NCBI GenBank assembly: GCA_963704165.1
Contig: CAVPHD010000011.1
Span: 175,731 to 239,730 of the forward strand
Direction: 5' to 3'
From: an uncultured delta proteobacterium
Lineage (GTDB): Bacteria; Myxococcota_A; UBA9160; SZUA-336
DNA: 64,000 nt
Notes under the pieces: model-generated
The model's input: the letters and a program-made list of their open reading frames with translations, nothing else
What the model was told of the DNA's origin: nothing
Databases searched by the model: none
Translations under genes and position numbers: made by a program
Part shown: positions 1 to 13,647 of the stretch, piece after piece
Numbering within the stretch: the stretch's first letter is position 1
Layout of the letters: each line of letters starts with the position of its first letter

Positions 1-38
1 AGCGGCTCGCGGCAGATCCGAGGCGAAGGAGAACGGAC

Positions 39-1011
39 GTGACGGGGTCGGGAAGCGCCGCGCTGATGGAGCGCATTCGCGAGTTCGTGGGTCGGGAGAC
101 CCCGAGCGCGGGATCTCGCGATCCCGTCAACCTGCCGATGATCCGGCACTGGTGCGACGCACTCGGCGACGCGAACCCGAACTACACCGATCCGGATCGC
201 GCCGCCCGCTCCCCTCACCGCGGCATCGTCGCTCCGCCGACGATGCTTCAGGCCTGGACGCTGCAGGGACTCGGTCCCCGACCCGAGACGACCGGCCCGG
301 ACGTGCAGGCGTCGGTGCTCGGACTGCTCGACGAGGCCGGCTTCACGTCGGTCGTCGCGACGAACTGCGAGCAGGAATACCACCGCTACCTCGCGCTCGG
401 CGACTCGCTGACGGCCTCGATCGTGATCGACTCCGTCTCCGACGAGAAGAAGACGGCGCTCGGGACGGGACACTTCGTGAACGAGACGCTGATCTACCGC
501 GACCAGCGCGGCGAACCGGTCGCGACGATGCGCTTCCGCCTGCTCAAGTTCCGCCCGCCCGAGGCGCGCGCGGGAGCCGGCGCGACGGATTCCGCGGTCC
601 GGAAGATCTCGCGCCCGCGGCCCGCGATCACGCACGACAACGCCTTCTTCTGGGAGGGAGTCGCGGCCGGCGAGCTGCGCATCCAGCGCTGCCAGCCGTG
701 CGGCCGACTTCGCCACCCACCGGGGCCGATGTGCCCGAGCGTGCCGGAGTCTCGACTGGGACACGGTGCGGTCGAAGGGGCACGGTCGCGTCTACAGCTT
801 CGTGATCGCGCATCATCCGCCGGTGCCGCCGTTCGACTACCCCAATCCGATCGCGCTTGTCGAGCTCGAAGAGGGAACGCGCCTCGTGTCGAACCTGATC
901 GGCGTCCGGCCCGCCGACGTCCGGATCGGCATGCCGGTGCAGGTGGAGTTCACGCGCGTGGACGGTGACTTCACCGTGCCCGAGTTCCGCCCGCGAGAAG
1001 GCGTTCGCTGA
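39..1011 (+). CDS. chsH2: MaoC-like dehydratase N-terminal domain fused to DUF35 (Zn-ribbon/OB-fold), ChsH2-like; one frameshift near 741
   Basis: ORF 39..968 gives [16 protein letters not shown]...[14 protein letters not shown]...FFWEG...IQRCQPCG...PPGPMCP. ORF 766..1011 continues [33 protein letters not shown]. Followed by chsH1 and ltp2 as in the igr operon. Confidence 0.85.
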
Positions 1012-1448
1012 TGTCGACGGAGCAAGGCAACCGCTCCTGGCACGACGTCGAAGTGGGCCACGAGCTCCCCGACCTGCGCGTCCCCATCACGCCCACGCTG
1101 ATCATCGGCGGCGCGATCGCGTCGCGCGACTACCAGGACGTGCACCACGACCGCGACTGGCGAAGAAGCACGGCTCGCCGGACATCTTCATGAACATCCT
1201 GACCGACCAACGGACTGGTCGGCCGATTCGTCACCGACTGGGCCGGACCGGATGCCCGGCTCAAGAAGGTCGCGATCCGGCTCGGCGTCCCGAACTACCC
1301 CGGCGACGAGATGAAGCTCACCGGCGTCGTGACGGCGAAGACCCGCGATCCGTCCGGCGACTGGGTCGAGATCGAGATCCGCGGACGCAACGGTCTGGGC
1401 GATCACGTGACGGGCAGCGTGCAGATCGCGCTCGCGGGGGAAGGCTGA
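1011..1448 (+). CDS. chsH1: MaoC family hydratase, ChsH1-like (frameshifted)
   Basis: [25 protein letters not shown], then in other frames [11 protein letters not shown] and [29 protein letters not shown] at 1446-1448. Confidence 0.85.
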
Positions 1449-1449
1449 G

Positions 1450-2631
1450 ATGGCCGGCGAGCTCAGCGACCGCGCCGCGATCGTCGGCATCGGCGCGACC
1501 GAGTTCTCGAAGGACGTCCGGTCGCAGCGAGCTCCGCCTCGCCGTCGAGGCGGTGAAGGCCGCGCTCGACGACGCGGGACTCGCGCCGCGAAGACGTCGA
1601 CGGGATGTCGACGTTCACGATGGACAACAATCCCGAGATCGAGGTCCAGCGCAGCCTCGGAGGCGGCGAGCTGACGTTCTTCAGCCGCGTCCACTACGGC
1701 GGCGGCGCCGCCTGCGCACCGATCGCAGCAGGCCGCGATGGCGGTCGCGACCGGCGTCGCCGACGGTCGTCGTCGTGCTACCGCGCGATGAACGAGCGGT
1801 CCGACTTCCGCTTCGGCACGGGCATGCAGGGTGCGCCGACGATTCCGACGACGGAGAACGCCCACTACGGCTGGTACATCCCGTTCGGACTTCTGACCCC
1901 GGCCTCCTGGGTCGCGATGCACGCGCGGCGCTACATGCACGAGTACGGCGCGACCAGCGAGGACTTCGGGCGTGTCGCCGTCGCCGCGCGAAGACACGCC
2001 GCGACGAATCCAGCCGCCTGGTTCTACGAGCAGCCGATCACGCTCGAGGATCATCAGCGTTCGCGCTGGATCGTGCGAGCCGCTGCGCCTGCTCGACTGC
2101 TGCCAGGAGAGCGACGGCGCGGTGGCGCTCGTCGTGACCAGCCGCGAGCGCGCGCGCGACCTGCGCCAGAAGCCGGCGCTGATCGCGGCGCCGCGCAGGG
2201 AGCGGCGCACGAGCAGCACATGATGACGAGCTACTACGGCGAGCACATCAGCGGTCTGCCCGAGATGGGCGTGGTGGCGCGCCAGCTCTACGCCATGGCC
2301 GGGCTCGGCCCCGGCGACATCCAGACGGCGGTTCTCTACGACCACTTCACGCCGTTCGTGCTGACCCAGCTCGAGGAGTTCGGCTTCTGCGGACGGGGTG
2401 AAGCCAAGGACTTCGTGCGCGACGGGAACATCGAGCTCGGCGGCCGGCTTCCGATCAACACCAACGGCGGTCAGCTCGGCGAGGCCTACATCCACGGCAT
2501 GAACGGCGTCGCCGAGGGCGTGCGCCAGATCCGCGGCACGCTCGGTCAACCAGGTCGAGGCCGTCTCTCACGTTCTCGTGACCGCGGGAACGGGCGTGCC
2601 GACGAGCGCGCTGGTGCTCGGAAGGGATTGA
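1450..2631 (+). CDS. ltp2: Thiolase-fold steroid aldolase (lipid-transfer protein Ltp2-like), frameshifted
   Basis: [21 protein letters not shown] (no thiolase Cys at the nucleophile position), [30 protein letters not shown], ending [19 protein letters not shown]. Confidence 0.85.
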
Positions 2632-2653
2632 TTCGCATGAAGGAGCTACGAAC

Positions 2654-5834
<3,181 letters not shown>

Positions 5835-5842
5835 GAGGAGAC

Positions 5843-6754
5843 ATGCTGGACGGAAAGGTGGCGATCGTGACCGGGGCCGCGCGCGGCCTCGGTCGAGTCG
5901 AAGCCCTGGAGCTCGCGCGACTCGGGGCGCGCGTGGTCGTGAACGATCTCGGCACGCGCGCCGACGGGACGGGCCGCGACGAGGAGCCGGCGCGAGCCGT
6001 CGTCGCGGAGATCGCCGCCTCGGGCGGCGAGGCGATCGCCCACTTCGGCGACGTCGCGGTCTGGGACGACGCGCGATCGCTGGTTCAGGCCGCCATCGAC
6101 CGCTTCGGCGATCTCAACATCCTGGTCAACAACGCCGGCTTCCTTCGCGACCGGATGATCTTCAGCATGAGCGAAGAGGAGTGGGACTCGGTGATTCGCG
6201 TTCACCTGAAGGGGCACTTCTGCACGATTCGGCACGCCGCGGAGTACTGGCGCGAGAAGTCGAAATCCACCGGCGCGCCGATCTACGGCCGGCTGATCAG
6301 CACCTCGTCCGAGGCGTTCCTGATGGGCAACCCGGGTCAGCCGAACTACGCCGCCGCGAAGGCCGGGGTGGTCGCGCTGACGATGGCCGCCGCGCAGAGC
6401 CTGATCAAGTACGGGGTGACGGCCAACGTGATCCTGCCGCGGGCCCGCACGCGCATGAACGAGTCGGGCGTCTTCGCGGCGATCTTCAAGAAGCCCGAGC
6501 AGGGATTCGACGCCTTCGCTCCCGAGAACGTCTCCCCGCTCGTCGGCTATCTGGCTTCCGAGCGGGCGTCGCGGATCTCCGGCCAGCTCTTCATCGTCTG
6601 GGGTCGAAACGTCTCCGTCGTCTCGCGACCCGGAACCGCCGCCAGCTTCGAGAGCGGCGACGCCTGGACCGTGGACGGGCTCGATCGCGAGCTCAGCCCC
6701 CACTTCGCCAAGCTCGAGCCGATCAAAGACGGCTACGTCGTGCCGCAGGTCTAG
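5843..6754 (+). CDS. SDR 3-hydroxyacyl-CoA dehydrogenase (Hsd4A-like)
   Basis: AGGAGG RBS; TGAARGLG, VVVNDLG, NNAGFLRD, NYAAAK. Confidence 0.85.
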   Translation: MLDGKVAIVTGAARGLGRVEALELARLGARVVVNDLGTRADGTGRDEEPARAVVAEIAASGGEAIAHFGDVAVWDDARSLVQAAIDRFGDLNILVNNAGFLRDRMIFSMSEEEWDSVIRVHLKGHFCTIRHAAEYWREKSKSTGAPIYGRLISTSSEAFLMGNPGQPNYAAAKAGVVALTMAAAQSLIKYGVTANVILPRARTRMNESGVFAAIFKKPEQGFDAFAPENVSPLVGYLASERASRISGQLFIVWGRNVSVVSRPGTAASFESGDAWTVDGLDRELSPHFAKLEPIKDGYVVPQV

Positions 6755-6762
6755 GCACGGCC

Positions 6763-8586
6763 GTGCCGACCGACACCGTCCCGCGCGAGGTCACGCAGGA
6801 GCGATTGGCCGTCCTCTCGGCCGGCACGATGCGCTACAAGCCGAGTCAGAAGTTCACGGTCGCCGACCGGATCGAGGAGCGCGCCGCCGCGGATCCGGAT
6901 CGGGTCTTCGCGTTCTTCGAAGACCGGCGCGTGACCTACGACGAGCTGAATCGCCGCGCGAATCGAGTCGCCGCGGTCGCGCACGAGCAGGGACTCCGCA
7001 CCGGCGACGTGGTCGCGCTGATGATGGAGAACCGCCCGGAGTTCGTCTCGACCTGGGCCGGTCTCGCGAAGCTCGGCGTGACGACGGCGCTGATCAACAC
7101 GCAGCTCCGCGGCGGGCCGCTCGAACACGCGCTCGAGACGGCGCGCGCGCGCCGTCTCATCGTCGGGAGCGAGTGTCTCGCGAAGCTCGAATCGGTTCCC
7201 GCGGGGGCACACCGCGAACGCCCGGCCATCGACGTCGATCTCGACCCGGATCATCCCGCGCCGATCCCGCACTTCGCGACCGACTTCTCCGCGGCGCTCG
7301 AAAACGCCTCGGAACTGAACCCCGACCGGAGCGTGCGCGAGGCGCTCGTCGCCGGGGACGATCTCTTCCACATCTTCACGTCCGGGACGACCGGCCTGCC
7401 GAAGGCCGCGCGTCTCAGCCACATGCGATTCCTCGGCGTCGGCGACGGAATGTCCGCCGTCGCCGGCTACGGACGCGACGAAGTGATCGCGTGCGTGCTG
7501 CCCCTGTATCACGGAGCCGCGGGCATGGTGGTCGTGTCATGCGCCCTGCATCACGGCGCGGCGATCGCGCTTCACCGCAGGTTCAGCGCCCGTCACTTCT
7601 GGAGCGACGCGAAGCGCTACGGGACGACGGCCTTCCAGTACATCGGCGAGATCTGCCGGTATCTGCTGAACCAGCCTGCGAGCGAGCTCGATCGCGCGCA
7701 TCGGATCCGCGTCATGATGGGAGCCGGACTCGGGCGCGACATCTGGACCGAATTCCAGGAACGCTTCGGAATCGAGCGGATCCTCGAGGGCTGGAGCTCG
7801 ACCGAGGCGAACACATCCCTCTTGAACGTGGACGGACGCGTCGGCTCGTGCGGGCGGATCCCGTTTCCCGAGCTGCACAACGGCCGCCTGATCCGCTACG
7901 ACGCGGACACGGGACTCCACCCACGCGGACCGGACGGTCTCTGCCAGCCGTGCGCGACGGGCGAGATCGGCGAGTTCGTCGGCGTCATCCCCGACCTGCC
8001 GGATTCGGGCGCGGGCCGCTTCGAAGGCTACACGTCGAGCGAAGCCACCGCCGCGAAGATCATCCACGACGTGCTGCGAAAGGGCGACCGCTGCTACCGC
8101 TCCGGCGATCTGCTGCGCTGCGACGACGACGGGTACTACGACTTCGTCGATCGGATCGGCGACACGTTCCGCTGGAAGAGCGAGAACGTCTCGACGCAGG
8201 AGGTCGCCGAGGCGCTCGGCGCCTTCCCCGGTCTCGAGATCGCCAACGTCTTCGGCGTGCGCGTGCCCGACACGGAGGGCCGCGCCGGCATGGCCGCGCT
8301 GGTCCTGCGCGACCCCTCCGCGTTCGACGGGCGTGCGTTCTACGCCTACACCGAGGAGCGTCTGGCGAGCTACGCCGCGCCCGTGTTCTTGCGTCTCGTC
8401 TCGGACGCCGACATGACCTCGACGTTCAAGCTGCGCAAGGTCGATCTGCAGCGTGAGGGCTACGACCCCGCGAGGATCGACGATCCGCTCTTCGTCCGGG
8501 ACCCGGCGAATCGGAGCTACGCGCCGGTCACGACGGAGAACCTCGCGCGCGTCGGCCTGCGGCCGTTCGCGGGCGATCCCGGCTGA
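6763..8586 (+). CDS. FATP-type (very-)long-chain acyl-CoA synthetase
   Basis: IFTSGTTGLPKAA, QYIGEICRYL, SGDLL, DRIGDTFRWKSENVST; GTG start inferred. Confidence 0.88.
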   Translation: MPTDTVPREVTQERLAVLSAGTMRYKPSQKFTVADRIEERAAADPDRVFAFFEDRRVTYDELNRRANRVAAVAHEQGLRTGDVVALMMENRPEFVSTWAGLAKLGVTTALINTQLRGGPLEHALETARARRLIVGSECLAKLESVPAGAHRERPAIDVDLDPDHPAPIPHFATDFSAALENASELNPDRSVREALVAGDDLFHIFTSGTTGLPKAARLSHMRFLGVGDGMSAVAGYGRDEVIACVLPLYHGAAGMVVVSCALHHGAAIALHRRFSARHFWSDAKRYGTTAFQYIGEICRYLLNQPASELDRAHRIRVMMGAGLGRDIWTEFQERFGIERILEGWSSTEANTSLLNVDGRVGSCGRIPFPELHNGRLIRYDADTGLHPRGPDGLCQPCATGEIGEFVGVIPDLPDSGAGRFEGYTSSEATAAKIIHDVLRKGDRCYRSGDLLRCDDDGYYDFVDRIGDTFRWKSENVSTQEVAEALGAFPGLEIANVFGVRVPDTEGRAGMAALVLRDPSAFDGRAFYAYTEERLASYAAPVFLRLVSDADMTSTFKLRKVDLQREGYDPARIDDPLFVRDPANRSYAPVTTENLARVGLRPFAGDPG

Positions 8587-8592
8587 TCGGGC

Positions 8593-9882
8593 TCAGGCGC
8601 CGATCGCGTCTTCCGCTTCGCGCAGGTCCGCGCGCAGCGTCCGACTCGCCTGCAGGAAGCCGACGCTGCCGACGGCGGCGACGATGCCGACGATCACGAG
8701 CGAGTACCGGATCGCCTCGACTCCGAATCGCTCGCTGAGGAGATCGTTCGAGAGCCCGACGACGAACGGACCCGCCCCGAGTCCCACCATGTTCAGGATG
8801 AAGAGCAGAACCGCGGACGACGTCGCGCGCATGTGCGGCTTCGCGATCCCCTGCGTCATCGCGAGCATCGGCCCGACGAACATCGCGGCGAGCGTGTACG
8901 CCGGGATGAAGCAGAGCAGCGCGGCCCGAGGTCCGTCGATCAGCAGGAATCCGACGAGGAACGGGAAGCCCGCGAGTGACACGGCCGCGCAGAGGAAGAC
9001 GTTCCAACGCGGATCGCGCGCGCCGAGCCGGTCGGCGATCACGCCGCCGAGATAGGCGCCGAGCGACCCGCCGATCCCGATGATCAGGCCGAGCCAGGTG
9101 CCGATCTCGACCGCGGAGAGGCCATGCACCCGCCCGAGAAAGGCCGGCCCCCACGCCAGCACCGCATAGCCCGACAGCGACTGACACGAGCCGGCGATCA
9201 CGATGAAGACGTACGAGCGGCGCGTCAGGAGATAGCGAATCACCTCTCGCGTCGTGGCGGTGCCGATGTCGCCCCCCGCTTGCTTCGAGAGACGGCGACG
9301 GGGCTCGCGGACGCTCCCGCGCACCAGCAGCGCGAGCGCGATTCCGGGCAGGCCGACGAGGAAGAAGACCGTGCGCCAGTCGAAGTGCGTCAGGATGTAG
9401 CTGCCGCCGAGATACGCGATCATCGCGCCGGCGTACACGCCCGACGAGTAGATCGAGAGCGCCGTCGCACGGGTCGCCGCCGGGAAGTAGTCCGAGATCA
9501 GGGAGTGGGACGGCGGAGTTCCCGCGGCCTCGCCGATTCCGACGCCGACGCGTGCGAGCGCGAGCTCGACGAAGCTCCGCGCCAGACCCGACGCCGCCGT
9601 CAAGAGGCTCCACACGGCCACGCCCATCGCGATGATCGACGTGCGCGAGCCGCGATCCGCCCAACGCGCGATCGGGATACCCGCGAACGTGTAGAAGAAC
9701 GCGAAGGCGAAGCCCGAGAGGAATCCCATCGCCGTGTCGGACACGCCGAGCTCTCGCTTGATCGGATCGAGCAGGATCGCGAGCACCTGGCGGTCGATGA
9801 AGTTGAACACGTACACCAGCCACAGGACCCCGAGGACGTAGTACGGGTATGCGGGTGAGTCGACCTCGCGCGTGCGCTGCAT
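8593..9882 (-). CDS. MFS transporter (Spinster-like)
   Basis: FNFIDRQ, ARVGVGIGEA, SLISDYFP; about 12 hydrophobic segments. Confidence 0.9.
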   Translation of the reverse strand: MQRTREVDSPAYPYYVLGVLWLVYVFNFIDRQVLAILLDPIKRELGVSDTAMGFLSGFAFAFFYTFAGIPIARWADRGSRTSIIAMGVAVWSLLTAASGLARSFVELALARVGVGIGEAAGTPPSHSLISDYFPAATRATALSIYSSGVYAGAMIAYLGGSYILTHFDWRTVFFLVGLPGIALALLVRGSVREPRRRLSKQAGGDIGTATTREVIRYLLTRRSYVFIVIAGSCQSLSGYAVLAWGPAFLGRVHGLSAVEIGTWLGLIIGIGGSLGAYLGGVIADRLGARDPRWNVFLCAAVSLAGFPFLVGFLLIDGPRAALLCFIPAYTLAAMFVGPMLAMTQGIAKPHMRATSSAVLLFILNMVGLGAGPFVVGLSNDLLSERFGVEAIRYSLVIVGIVAAVGSVGFLQASRTLRADLREAEDAIGA

Positions 9883-9946
9883 CCCGCCTCCGTTCCCGGT
9901 GCGAACGACGGCCGGGAGACCCGAGTGTATGCTACGCGCGCGCGCC

Positions 9947-11596
9947 ATGGATCCGAACTCGCAAACGATTCCCCAACTGATTCTCGACGCGGTCGATCGC
10001 TTCGGATCGAAGACCGCGATCGAGGACGACGCGGCGACGCTCAGCTACGCCGGGCTCGCGGACGCCGTGATCGAGGCCACGAGCGCGTTTCTCGAGGCGG
10101 GGATCGAGACCGGTGACCGCGTCGCCGTCTGGGCCCCGAACATCTGGGAGTGGATCGTGGCGGCGCTCGGCCTGCAGGCGGCCGGGGGCGTGCTCGTCCC
10201 GTTGAACACGCGGCTCAAGGGAATCGAGAGCGGGTACATCCTGGAGAAGAGCGGCGCGCGGATCCTCTGCACCGTGCGCGGATTCCTCGACGTGGACTAC
10301 GTCGAGCTGCTTCGCGGCGCGCTCGGTGGAGAACGCGAAGGGCGTCCGATCGCGGGGCTCGACGCGCTCGAGTCGATCGTCGTCTTGCGTGGCCGCGCCG
10401 GAGACACGGCCAGCCCGGGCATCGTCTCGTGGACCGACTTCATCGCGCGCGGAAGGTCGGTCTCCCCTGCCGATGCACGCCGCCGCGCGCGTTCCGTCTC
10501 GCCCGACGACCTGTCCGACATCCTCTTCACCTCGGGCACGACGGGAAAGCCGAAGGGCGTGATGACGACGCACGCCCAGAACCTGCGCTGCTTCGCGAGC
10601 TGGAGCGAGATCGTCGGGCTGCGCGCGTCGGACCGCTATCTGATCGTGAACCCCTTCTTTCACTCCTTCGGCTACAAGGCCGGATGGCTCTCGGCCTTTC
10701 TCCGCGGCGCGACGGTTCTTCCGCACGCGGTCTTCGACGTGCCCGCGGTGCTCGCGCGAATCGGCCGCGACCGGATCAGTGTCCTTCCCGGGCCCCCGAC
10801 GCTGTACCAAACCATTCTCGCTTCGCCTGCGCTCGGGAAACACGACATCTCGTGTCTGCGCCTCGCGGTGACGGGAGCGGCCGCGATCCCGGTCGATCTG
10901 ATTCGCCGAATGCGCAGCGAGCTCGGCTTCGAGACCGTGATCACCGGGTATGGACTCACCGAGAGCTCCGGCGTGGTCAGCATGTGCCGCCCGGAGGACG
11001 ATCCCGAAACGATCGCCACCACGTCCGGGCGCGCGATCCCGGGCGTCGAGCTTCGCTGCATCCGAGAGGACGGCACCGAGGCTCCGCGCTTCGAGCCCGG
11101 CGAGGTGGTGCTTCGCGGCTACAACGTGATGCGCGGCTACTTCGACGACGCCGACGCGACCGACGAGGCGATCGACCGCGAGGGATGGCTGCACACCGGA
11201 GACATCGGCGTGATGGACGAGCGCGGGTATCTGCGCATCACCGATCGGATCAAGGACATGTTCATCGTCGGGGGGTTCAACTGCTACCCGGCCGAGATCG
11301 AGAACATCATGCACGGGATCGAGGGGCTCTCGCAGGTCGCGGTGATCGGCGTCCCCGACGAGCGCCTCGGAGAGGTCGGCATGGCGTTCGTCGTGCCGCG
11401 CCCCGGCGTCGCGCTCGATTCCCGCGCCGTCACGAGCTGGTGTCGGGAGCAGATGGCCAACTTCAAGGTTCCGCGTCACGTCGAAATCGTCGACTCGCTG
11501 CCGACGAACGCCACGGGAAAGGTCACGAAGTTCGTGCTCCGCGAGCGAGCCGCGGAGAAGCTGCGCGCGTCAGAGAAAGCGCGCGTAGTCGTCTAG
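9947..11596 (+). CDS. fadD3: FadD3-like acyl-CoA ligase (HIP-CoA synthetase family)
   Basis: DILFTSGTTGKPKG, NPFFHSFGYKAGW, GYGLTE, GWLHTGD, KDMFIVGGFNCYPAEIE. Confidence 0.75.
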   Translation: MDPNSQTIPQLILDAVDRFGSKTAIEDDAATLSYAGLADAVIEATSAFLEAGIETGDRVAVWAPNIWEWIVAALGLQAAGGVLVPLNTRLKGIESGYILEKSGARILCTVRGFLDVDYVELLRGALGGEREGRPIAGLDALESIVVLRGRAGDTASPGIVSWTDFIARGRSVSPADARRRARSVSPDDLSDILFTSGTTGKPKGVMTTHAQNLRCFASWSEIVGLRASDRYLIVNPFFHSFGYKAGWLSAFLRGATVLPHAVFDVPAVLARIGRDRISVLPGPPTLYQTILASPALGKHDISCLRLAVTGAAAIPVDLIRRMRSELGFETVITGYGLTESSGVVSMCRPEDDPETIATTSGRAIPGVELRCIREDGTEAPRFEPGEVVLRGYNVMRGYFDDADATDEAIDREGWLHTGDIGVMDERGYLRITDRIKDMFIVGGFNCYPAEIENIMHGIEGLSQVAVIGVPDERLGEVGMAFVVPRPGVALDSRAVTSWCREQMANFKVPRHVEIVDSLPTNATGKVTKFVLRERAAEKLRASEKARVVV

Positions 11597-12403
11597 CACC
11601 GGGAGGACGACGTCGGCCGGTCCCGACGGAAGTCTCGCCACGACTTCGCTGACCCCGATCGACTCGTAGTACTCGAGCTTCTCCGGATCGGGGAAGCTGC
11701 CCATCAGGACGATGCGAAGCTCCGCCGGATCGCGGCCGACGTCCTCGAACGCGCGGCGCAGCGCGGGAAGCGCACGCGCGACACCCGCTCCGCCGATCGG
11801 CAGCCAGCCGTCACCGAACTCGGCGATCATCGCGAAGAGCGTCGGCCCCGCGGCCCCGCCGAGGAGGATGGGAAGACGCGGGCGTCGCACCGGCTTCGGC
11901 CAGGACCAGCTCGGCTCGATGCGCACGAACTCGCCCTCGAACGAAGCCGAGTCGAGCTCCCAGAGCGCGCGCATCGCGAGCGCCTTCTCACGCACGACGT
12001 CGCGGCGGCGGCGGAAATCGACGCCGTGGTTCTCGGCCTCTTCCCGGTTCCAGCCAAAGCCGATGCCGAGCACGACGCGTCCACCCGAGAGCAGATCGAG
12101 CGTCGCGACCTCTTTCGCGGTGACGATCGGATCGCGCTGTGCGAGCAGGGCCACGCCGGTGCCGAGCTCGATGCGCTCCGTCACCGCGGCCGCGGTGGCC
12201 AGCGCGACGAAGGGATCGAGCGTGCGGCGGTACGCGTCGGAAAGCTCCGCCTCCCCGGTCGGGGCCGGAGTCGCCCGGCGCGTCGGGATGTGCGTGTGCT
12301 CCGGAACGTAGAGCGAGGCGAATCCGCGCGCCTCCGCCTCGCGCGCCAGCGCATCGGGGCGCATCGCGCGATCGGTCGTGAACATGGTCACGCCCAATCG
12401 CAT
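11570..12403 (-). CDS. LLM-class, probably F420-dependent oxidoreductase (Rv2161c-like)
   Basis: GFASLYVPEHTHIP, LDPFVAL, RDPIVTAKEVATLD, GIGFGWNREE, WSWPKPV. Confidence 0.85.
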   Translation of the reverse strand: MRLGVTMFTTDRAMRPDALAREAEARGFASLYVPEHTHIPTRRATPAPTGEAELSDAYRRTLDPFVALATAAAVTERIELGTGVALLAQRDPIVTAKEVATLDLLSGGRVVLGIGFGWNREEAENHGVDFRRRRDVVREKALAMRALWELDSASFEGEFVRIEPSWSWPKPVRRPRLPILLGGAAGPTLFAMIAEFGDGWLPIGGAGVARALPALRRAFEDVGRDPAELRIVLMGSFPDPEKLEYYESIGVSEVVARLPSGPADVVLPVLDDYARFL

Positions 12404-12407
12404 CGAC

Positions 12408-13643
12408 TCACTCCGGGTCCGGCGCTTCGATCGCGCCGGCTCGAATGGCTTCGCGGATCTCGTCCGCCGACATGCCGAGGAGATCGCCGAAGACGTAGTC
12501 GTTGTCCTGCCCGAGCGCGGCGCCGGCGGGACCGCTGCGCCCGGGCGTACCGCGCAGGCCCAGCGGAATGCCCGTCGCGACGACCTTCCCCTTCGCGTAG
12601 TGCGGGATCTCCTCGAAGAAGCCGCGGGCTTCGAGGTGCTCGTCGCGCTCCCGCTGGTCGCGCGTGTTCTGCACGACCCCGGCCGCGATTCCGGCCTGCT
12701 GAAGCGAGCGCATGACTTCGTCGTCGCTCCGTTCGGCCGTCCATGCGCCGAGTCCCGCATCGAGCTCGTCCGCGTGCTCGAGCCGCGACTCCGGCGTCGC
12801 AAAGCGCGGATCCGCGGCCCACTCGGGACGGTCGACGACGCGGCAGAGGCTCGACCACGCCTCGTCGGTCGAGACCGAGATCGCGCAGAAGCGGTCCTCG
12901 CCGCGGCACGGGTAGCAGCCGTGCGGGGCCGCCCACGTCGACCGATTGCCCCGCTTCGGCGGCTCGACGCCGTTGGCCAGGCGCTCGAGCAGCACGTGCC
13001 CGAGCGACGCGACCGTCACCTCGAGCTGGGACAGGTTGATGTACTGCCCGACGCCCGTGCGCCCGCGGTGATCGAGCGCGCAGAGCACGGCGAACAGACC
13101 GTGCAGCGCGCTCAGCCCGTCCGGGTACGCGTACTGCGTCATCGTGCACGCGCGACCCGGGAAGCCCGAGAGCTCGCCAAATCCCGAGAGCGCCTCGATG
13201 TTCGGCCCCCAGGTCACGTAGCTGCGATTCGGCCCGGAGTCGCCGAAGCCCGAGCTGCTCAAGACGACGAGATCGGATCTCTCGCTCGCGAGGGTCTCGT
13301 AGCCGAGACCGAGCTTGTCCATCACGCCCGCGCTGTAGTTCTCGATCACCACGTCGCAGATGTGGACCAACCGCTTCGCGAGTCCGACGGCCTCGGGATT
13401 CGTCAGGTCGAGCGCGATGAAGCGTTTTCCGGCGTTCCAGTCGGTGAACCACGGAGAGAGCTGCGGCTGGGTCCCCATCTCGGGAGCCCACGGCGGCACG
13501 TAGAGCCGCACGACGTCGGGTCGGTTCTTCGACTCGACGCGGATCACCTCGGCGCCGCAGTACGCCATCCAGCGGCCGATCCACGGTCCCGCCATCGCCG
13601 ACGTGAACTCGAGAACGCGCAGACCTTCGAGGGCTCCCGCCAT
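12408..13643 (-). CDS. Family III CoA transferase (catalytic Asp present)
   Basis: LEGLRVLEF..AMAGP, GAEVIRVES, NAGKR, YAYPDGLSA. Confidence 0.88.
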   Translation of the reverse strand: MAGALEGLRVLEFTSAMAGPWIGRWMAYCGAEVIRVESKNRPDVVRLYVPPWAPEMGTQPQLSPWFTDWNAGKRFIALDLTNPEAVGLAKRLVHICDVVIENYSAGVMDKLGLGYETLASERSDLVVLSSSGFGDSGPNRSYVTWGPNIEALSGFGELSGFPGRACTMTQYAYPDGLSALHGLFAVLCALDHRGRTGVGQYINLSQLEVTVASLGHVLLERLANGVEPPKRGNRSTWAAPHGCYPCRGEDRFCAISVSTDEAWSSLCRVVDRPEWAADPRFATPESRLEHADELDAGLGAWTAERSDDEVMRSLQQAGIAAGVVQNTRDQRERDEHLEARGFFEEIPHYAKGKVVATGIPLGLRGTPGRSGPAGAALGQDNDYVFGDLLGMSADEIREAIRAGAIEAPDPE

Positions 13644-13647
13644 GGCG

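Noticed and set aside
700..2600. Programmed frameshifting or pseudogenes in chsH2/chsH1/ltp2
   Set aside because: No slippery sites seen; scattered indels with intact motifs fit sequencing error
11570..11596. Convergent 3' overlaps (27 bp here, 11 bp at 61593-61603) as antisense control
   Set aside because: Short tail-to-tail overlaps are common in compact high-GC genomes
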